DNA of 64,000 nucleotides from Escherichia coli (GTDB lineage Bacteria; Pseudomonadota; Gammaproteobacteria; Enterobacterales; Enterobacteriaceae): NCBI RefSeq assembly GCF_003018235.1, contig NZ_CP027437.1; one strand, 5' to 3'. Shown piece by piece: positions 58,121 to 64,000 of this stretch (position 1 is its first letter; each line of letters starts with the position of its first letter). The notes under the pieces were generated by a model. It saw only the letters and a program-made list of their open reading frames with translations, ran no database searches and was not told where the DNA came from. The position numbers and the translations under genes were made by a program.

Positions 58121-58127
58121 CATCGCC

Positions 58128-58313
58128 TCAGAAAAGATCGCTACGAGTCTCAAGCAGCTCTTCGACATCTTTGTCTGCCTTGATGATGATCTCATGCTCA
58201 ATTTTAACGTTCATATTGATAGTGATCGGTTCCTTAGGTGCAGCGACTTCAATGCGAGGCGTACAGCCAACCAGCATGAAAGATGACGTCAACGCAGCCA
58301 GTAAAATTTTCAT
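58128..58313 (-). CDS. ynbE: lipoprotein YnbE
   Basis: 61-aa ORF MKILLAALTSSFMLVGC... with lipobox. Confidence 0.85.
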   Translation of the reverse strand: MKILLAALTSSFMLVGCTPRIEVAAPKEPITINMNVKIEHEIIIKADKDVEELLETRSDLF

Positions 58314-60949
58314 TGTTTTTCCTCACACTCTTTTCCTTGCGGACAGTCATTTCCCGGCAGACGTGCGTTCTGCTCCAACCATGCCTGGAGATTATCGCCA
58401 AAGCGTAAACTGCGCCACAGCGTAAAAATATTCTCTTCATGATGGTAATTAAGGTTTACCGTACCGCTTTTACCATCAACGCGACTGGTACCTGTAATGT
58501 TGGCCTGCATGGTTAATAAACCGAGATTATCTAAATTAATATTTGTCGATGAACGGCTAATTTCCATATAGCGCAACCAGTTAATTGCTGAACCCGCAGT
58601 CATATTGTCTTTCACCACCGCATCTGCGGTGTCTTTATCCAGCCGCAAGGTCATTGGCCCGCTATTTGCCAGCCAACCATCTTTCACTATCCATTTTTCG
58701 TTGTTTAGCCATAACGGCAATGCACCACTAAATGCCCCGGACATGGTGAATTGTTTCGGATTGACGGCGCTAACCAGTTCGCTGGATGAGAGATTATTCA
58801 GCCGCAACAGCGCCGGGTCATGTTGCGGCATACGTAATTGTTTCATCAGCACGTTACCGCCTAACACATCGACGCTAACATCGGTCAACAACAATGGTTC
58901 GTCTTCACTCCACGGATAACGCCCTTGCAAATCAGCCGTAATATTTTTCGCTGTCACCAGATTAATCACTTCGGCAATTCGCAACGTAACGGGGCCGCGA
59001 GTCCCCAGATGCCAGGCTCCATCGGCAAAACGGAAAGGCAGGACAAAATCGACACCGTTAACCTGATTATCTGGCATCCAGGCACTACCGCCTTTCAACA
59101 CACCGTGCCCTCCCGCGCGGAATCCTTGTTCAGGCGCAGCAGAAAATGCAACCTGGGCATACAGTTCGCCATCGCGTAAGTTCATCTTCCAGTCGGGTGG
59201 CACCAGCGGCTGGAATACGGTCAGTGATTGTTTAGGCCACCAGGCGTTACCGCGCAGACGAATACCGTCCCAGCGACCATTTACCCGAACCGGGCCAATC
59301 TCACCAGCATGTAAATCGCCTTTATATAGGAAATACGTCGGATCGCGTCCATCGACGCTAAATTTTAAGGTTGATGGCGGTAACACACTGCCGCCAGTGA
59401 ACAGCGTTTGCCCGGCGTCCAGTGACAGCGCGCCGCTAAAGGAGGGATGCTGTGCGTCACGTACCCAGACGACGGGCTTGTCGAGAATTAATCGCGGCTT
59501 TTCTACCGTCATCGTACCGTATTGTAACTGGTCGAAACCGGTGGAGAGATCGGTCAGCGTAATCGTGCTGTCATGCCACTCACCTTTTCCTGCAACATCC
59601 CAGGTGGCATTCATCGGTGTAAAACTCCCTTTTCCCCAGTAGCGCCACTGCCAGCGGCCAGCGTCAGGGAGAAAATCATTCGCCAGCCCATCCATATGCA
59701 GCACGAAATCGCCCAGTTCATTTTCATGCGCCTGCAAAATGGCCTGCAAACGTCCGTCAACACCACGTTGGGTGACTTTTACACCCGCTAAAGGCCAGCG
59801 GATTTCATCGATGTCCAGCGAATCGATGACTCTTCCCTTCGAACGTAATAACGCGCCTGGCTCAAAGGCCAGCGTTGGGTCAGTCAGACTTCCACTTAGC
59901 TGCGCAGGTAAACGGGCATATAAAATGAGGTCCGCCTGTTTCGCTTCACCGGTCAGTTGCAGAGGCAGCTGACTGTTATCCATGCTTAATTTTCCTGGGC
60001 CAAAATTAAGCACCGCGTTGCCTTTACCCGCTTGCCCCTGGGTCAGCACACTCAGTCGCCCGCTGACCAGAGCGTTCTCGAGCCCTGCCTGCCAGTTGTC
60101 GACTTTGACACCCAGTCGGCCACTCAAAGGAAAACCTGCATACGGCCAGCTCCAGCGACCATCGCTTACGGTCAATCGTTGACGAGTAATTTGCCACGGC
60201 AAATCGAGCAACGGATCGCCGTTATCCCGTGCCAGCACGATCAATTGCCCGCTATTTTCCTGCCAGTCCAGCTCTGCATCCACCAGTGACGGTTCCTGCG
60301 GCAAGTTTAACGTCGCAGTAGCATGCCCACTTACAGGAAGTCCATCCGGCACGAGCGGCATAGTAAATTCCCCCACCAGTTTAACCGGCGGCTGATTTTC
60401 AAACGCGACGACATCCAGTTCGCTGACTGTAAGTTGTTGCCCTTTAAGCTGGCCTTGAAATTTAACTTTTTCGCCCTGATAACGCAGTTGCTGGATATCA
60501 GAGGTTAACGCGAGAGAGAGTTTTCCCTGCCACTCCTGCCAGGGAGAAAAAATCAGTTTATCGATATTGATCCAGGTGTTAGGCAACATGGCCTGCCACT
60601 GCGCGAGGGTTTTTGGAGCGGCAGGCGATTGCTCCGTCTGCGGCAATTTCGCCAGACAAGCAGAATCAAGTTCTACCGTGCCGACGTTCAATAACCAGCG
60701 GCTCGGATGTGAAAGGCTGGCGTTGGTGATATGCGCAAGCTGACAATCTCCCACCAGATAACGGAGATCGGGAATGATTAAACCTTTACGCGTAATGCGT
60801 GGGCTTTCATCTAATGCAATACGTGTCCCGAGCGGTAGCCAGATGCCCGCCAGCGTGGGAACCCACAGCCCGAGCGTCATCAGCAGCGTCAACGGCACAA
60901 GAATAATCAGTAATAACAGCGCGAGAACGGCTTTATATTTACCCAGCAT
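58310..60949 (-). CDS. ydbH: AsmA-like large envelope protein YdbH
   Basis: 879-aa ORF with N-terminal TM anchor MLGKYKAVLALLLLIILVPLTLLMTLGLWVP. Confidence 0.9.
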   Translation of the reverse strand: MLGKYKAVLALLLLIILVPLTLLMTLGLWVPTLAGIWLPLGTRIALDESPRITRKGLIIPDLRYLVGDCQLAHITNASLSHPSRWLLNVGTVELDSACLAKLPQTEQSPAAPKTLAQWQAMLPNTWINIDKLIFSPWQEWQGKLSLALTSDIQQLRYQGEKVKFQGQLKGQQLTVSELDVVAFENQPPVKLVGEFTMPLVPDGLPVSGHATATLNLPQEPSLVDAELDWQENSGQLIVLARDNGDPLLDLPWQITRQRLTVSDGRWSWPYAGFPLSGRLGVKVDNWQAGLENALVSGRLSVLTQGQAGKGNAVLNFGPGKLSMDNSQLPLQLTGEAKQADLILYARLPAQLSGSLTDPTLAFEPGALLRSKGRVIDSLDIDEIRWPLAGVKVTQRGVDGRLQAILQAHENELGDFVLHMDGLANDFLPDAGRWQWRYWGKGSFTPMNATWDVAGKGEWHDSTITLTDLSTGFDQLQYGTMTVEKPRLILDKPVVWVRDAQHPSFSGALSLDAGQTLFTGGSVLPPSTLKFSVDGRDPTYFLYKGDLHAGEIGPVRVNGRWDGIRLRGNAWWPKQSLTVFQPLVPPDWKMNLRDGELYAQVAFSAAPEQGFRAGGHGVLKGGSAWMPDNQVNGVDFVLPFRFADGAWHLGTRGPVTLRIAEVINLVTAKNITADLQGRYPWSEDEPLLLTDVSVDVLGGNVLMKQLRMPQHDPALLRLNNLSSSELVSAVNPKQFTMSGAFSGALPLWLNNEKWIVKDGWLANSGPMTLRLDKDTADAVVKDNMTAGSAINWLRYMEISRSSTNINLDNLGLLTMQANITGTSRVDGKSGTVNLNYHHEENIFTLWRSLRFGDNLQAWLEQNARLPGNDCPQGKECEEKQ

Positions 60950-61156
60950 GGGTAGTTAATATCCTGATTTAGCGAAAAATTAAGCATTCAATACGGGTAT
61001 TGTGGCATGTTTAACCGTTCAGTTGAAGGTTGCGCCTACACTAAGCATAGTTGTTGATGAATTTTTCAATATCGCCATAGTTTTCAATTATATTTGATAT
61101 TTTGTAAAATATTTTTAGTAGCTTAAATGTGATTCAACATCACTGGAGAAAGTCTT

Positions 61157-62146
61157 ATGAAACTCGCCGTTTATAGCACAAAACAGTACGACAAGAAGTA
61201 CCTGCAACAGGTGAACGAGTCCTTTGGCTTTGAGCTGGAATTTTTTGACTTTCTGCTGACGGAAAAAACCGCTAAAACTGCCAATGGCTGCGAAGCGGTA
61301 TGTATTTTCGTAAACGATGACGGCAGCCGCCCGGTGCTGGAAGAGCTGAAAAAGCACGGCGTTAAATATATCGCCCTGCGCTGTGCCGGTTTCAATAACG
61401 TCGACCTTGACGCGGCAAAAGAACTGGGGCTGAAAGTAGTCCGTGTTCCAGCCTATGATCCAGAAGCCGTTGCTGAACACGCCATCGGTATGATGATGAC
61501 GCTGAACCGCCGTATTCATCGCGCGTATCAGCGTACTCGTGACGCCAACTTCTCTCTGGAAGGTCTGACCGGCTTTACTATGTATGGCAAAACGGCAGGC
61601 GTTATCGGTACCGGTAAAATCGGTGTGGCGATGCTGCGCATTCTGAAAGGTTTTGGTATGCGTCTGCTGGCGTTCGATCCGTATCCAAGTGCGGCGGCAC
61701 TGGAACTCGGTGTGGAGTATGTCGATCTGCCAACCCTGTTCTCTGAATCAGACGTTATCTCTCTGCACTGCCCGCTGACACCGGAAAACTACCATCTGTT
61801 GAACGAAGCCGCCTTCGATCAGATGAAAAATGGCGTGATGATCGTCAATACCAGTCGCGGTGCATTGATTGATTCTCAGGCGGCAATTGAAGCGCTGAAA
61901 AATCAGAAAATTGGTTCGTTGGGTATGGACGTGTATGAGAACGAACGCGATCTGTTCTTTGAAGACAAATCCAACGACGTGATCCAGGATGACGTGTTCC
62001 GTCGTCTGTCTGCCTGCCACAACGTGCTGTTTACCGGGCACCAGGCATTCCTGACAGCAGAAGCACTGACCAGTATTTCTCAGACTACGCTGCAAAACTT
62101 AAGCAATCTGGAAAAAGGCGAAACCTGCCCGAACGAACTGGTTTAA
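61157..62146 (+). CDS. ldhA: fermentative D-lactate dehydrogenase
   Basis: 329-aa ORF MKLAVYSTKQYDKKYLQQVNESFGFELEFFDF... with GVIGTGKIG NAD-binding motif. Confidence 0.95.
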   Translation: MKLAVYSTKQYDKKYLQQVNESFGFELEFFDFLLTEKTAKTANGCEAVCIFVNDDGSRPVLEELKKHGVKYIALRCAGFNNVDLDAAKELGLKVVRVPAYDPEAVAEHAIGMMMTLNRRIHRAYQRTRDANFSLEGLTGFTMYGKTAGVIGTGKIGVAMLRILKGFGMRLLAFDPYPSAAALELGVEYVDLPTLFSESDVISLHCPLTPENYHLLNEAAFDQMKNGVMIVNTSRGALIDSQAAIEALKNQKIGSLGMDVYENERDLFFEDKSNDVIQDDVFRRLSACHNVLFTGHQAFLTAEALTSISQTTLQNLSNLEKGETCPNELV

Positions 62147-62256
62147 TCTTGCCGCTCCCCTGCATTCCAGGGGAGCTTATTCAGATAATCCCCAAAGACC
62201 TTTCATCCTCTATTCTTAAAATAGTCCTGAGTCAGAAACTGTAATTGAGAACCACA

Positions 62257-62679
62257 ATGAAGAAAGTAGCCGCGCTCGTTGCGCTAAGCCTGCTGATGGC
62301 GGGATGTGTAAGTAATGACAAAATTGCTGTAACCCCAGAACAGCTACAGCATCATCGCTTTGTGCTGGAAAGCGTAAACGGTAAGCCCGTGACCAGCGAT
62401 AAAAATCCGCCAGAAATCAGCTTTGGTGAAAAGATGATGATTTCCGGCAGCATGTGTAACCGCTTTAGCGGTGAAGGCAAACTGTCTAATGGTGAACTGA
62501 CAGCCAAAGGGCTGGCAATGACCCGTATGATGTGCGCTAACCCGCAGCTTAATGAACTCGATAACACCATTAGCGAAATGCTGAAAGAAGGTGCACAAGT
62601 GGATCTGACCGCGAACCAGTTAACGCTGGCGACCGCGAAACAGACATTAACTTATAAGCTGGCGGATTTAATGAATTAA
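62257..62679 (+). CDS. hslJ: heat-shock lipoprotein HslJ
   Basis: 140 aa from ATG 62257 (MKKVAALVALSLLMAGC...). Confidence 0.9.
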   Translation: MKKVAALVALSLLMAGCVSNDKIAVTPEQLQHHRFVLESVNGKPVTSDKNPPEISFGEKMMISGSMCNRFSGEGKLSNGELTAKGLAMTRMMCANPQLNELDNTISEMLKEGAQVDLTANQLTLATAKQTLTYKLADLMN

Positions 62680-62942
62680 TAGCTGCCACAGCTCCCGGCG
62701 GCAAGTGACTGTTCGCTACAGCGTTTGCCGTTGGGTAATGCACACATCCCAATCGCCGTACCATCCAGTTGACGGGCAACAGAAAGCGAACCGCCGATCA
62801 TTGCACAATTTGCTTCTCCACTACTGGACATCGACGCTTTTAAACCTGGCGCTACGTGCGCCGCAGTCGCCTGCTGAACAGGTTCACTACTACACGCCGA
62901 CAATAATAAAGCGGCACACCCTACCCAAAACGCTGCTCGCAT
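62676..62942 (-). CDS. ydbJ: small lipoprotein YdbJ (DUF333)
   Basis: 88-aa ORF MRAAFWVGCAALLLSACSSEP... Confidence 0.8.
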   Translation of the reverse strand: MRAAFWVGCAALLLSACSSEPVQQATAAHVAPGLKASMSSSGEANCAMIGGSLSVARQLDGTAIGMCALPNGKRCSEQSLAAGSCGSY

Positions 62943-63215
62943 CTTTTCTTCCTCTGATCTTCAAGCCAAACGACACCGCCATAAATAATAGGCAGCACAG
63001 AGGGCGACGTCGAGAGCTGTCCTGCGCGTTGCCCCGCATTTTTACTTTTTTATGGCTATTTTTTTGCCCTCTGTTTGATCAAAACATTCATTACGCTGAT
63101 GTGGGGGACACAAAAGCGAAAATGCAGAAGAAAGCCATTTGCTAAAATTGAAGGATTACTACTGGGCGCGCAGCAATTTCGTGCGCCCCTCATTTGCGCA
63201 ATGTAAGGGTGTCAT

Positions 63216-64000
63216 ATGATTACTATTGACGGTAATGGCGCGGTTGCTTCGGTGGCGTTTCGCACCAGTGAAGTTATCGCCATCTACCCTATTACCCCCA
63301 GTTCCACAATGGCAGAACAGGCTGATGCCTGGGCCGGAAACGGCTTGAAGAACGTTTGGGGAGACACACCACGCGTGGTTGAAATGCAGTCGGAAGCGGG
63401 TGCTATCGCTACCGTGCATGGCGCTTTGCAGACGGGTGCCCTTTCAACATCGTTTACGTCATCGCAGGGTTTGCTGCTGATGATCCCGACGCTGTACAAA
63501 CTGGCAGGCGAACTGACGCCATTTGTCCTGCATGTAGCGGCACGTACCGTTGCCACACATGCACTCTCTATTTTTGGCGATCATTCCGACGTTATGGCGG
63601 TGCGCCAGACGGGTTGCGCGATGTTGTGTGCGGCTAACGTCCAGGAAGCGCAAGACTTTGCTCTCATTTCGCACATCGCAACGCTGAAGAGCCGCGTGCC
63701 ATTTATTCATTTCTTTGATGGTTTCCGCACGTCCCACGAAATCAATAAAATTGTCCCGCTGGCCGATGACACTATTCTTGATCTCATGCCGCAGGCCGAA
63801 ATTGATGCTCATCGCGCCCGGGCGCTCAACCCGGAACATCCGGTGATCCGCGGTACGTCCGCCAATCCTGACACTTATTTCCAGTCTCGCGAAGCCACCA
63901 ACCCGTGGTACAACGCAGTTTACGACCATGTTGAACAGGCGATGAATGATTTCGCTGCCGCGACAGGTCGTCAGTATCAGCCGTTTGAGTATTACGGGCA
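63216..64000 (+). CDS. ydbK: pyruvate:flavodoxin oxidoreductase, 5' part only (runs off window end)
   Basis: ATG at 63216; MITIDGNGAVASVAFRTSEVIAIYPITPSSTMAEQADAWAGNGLKNVWGDTPRVVEMQSEAGA... typical PFOR N-terminus; not in the track because it has no stop within the window. Confidence 0.9.
   Translation, partial: MITIDGNGAVASVAFRTSEVIAIYPITPSSTMAEQADAWAGNGLKNVWGDTPRVVEMQSEAGAIATVHGALQTGALSTSFTSSQGLLLMIPTLYKLAGELTPFVLHVAARTVATHALSIFGDHSDVMAVRQTGCAMLCAANVQEAQDFALISHIATLKSRVPFIHFFDGFRTSHEINKIVPLADDTILDLMPQAEIDAHRARALNPEHPVIRGTSANPDTYFQSREATNPWYNAVYDHVEQAMNDFAAATGRQYQPFEYYG

Overview
This window reads as roughly 64 kb of Escherichia coli-type chromosome, the ansP to ydbK interval, in reverse orientation to the usual K-12 map. 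All gene names come from reading the six-frame translations against remembered E. coli proteins; no database search was run. Most of it is conserved core: ansP, yncE, yncD, mcbR, curA, mnaT, ydcZ, ydcY, ortT, yncL, patD, ydcVUTS, ydcR, hicAB, yncJ, rlhA, sutR, ydcO, ydcL, tehAB, ydcK, rimL, ydcH, opgD, ydcJ, ydcI, trg, mokB/hokB, rydC, cybB, gapC, aldA, ydcF, hrpA, azoR, ynbDCBA, ydbD, ydbC, paaY, ydbL, ynbE, ydbH, ldhA, hslJ, ydbJ and the start of ydbK. Four places depart from that backbone. (1) At the left edge a vgrG (T6SS spike) gene runs off the window and is split after codon 32 by an IS3 copy flanked by a 3-bp ACA duplication. (2) Immediately upstream of vgrG sits an AT-rich two-gene cassette: a small HExxHxxQ zincin-like protein translationally coupled to a lipoprotein. 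This is my best candidate for an uncharacterised toxin/immunity or protease/inhibitor module. (3) An AT-rich islet between yncL and patD carries a Vat/CatB-like (XAT family) hexapeptide acetyltransferase. (4) paaY is followed directly by what look like 3' remnants of paaX and feaR, consistent with loss of the phenylacetate/phenylethylamine catabolic cluster. No rRNA, tRNA, CRISPR array or prophage was seen.
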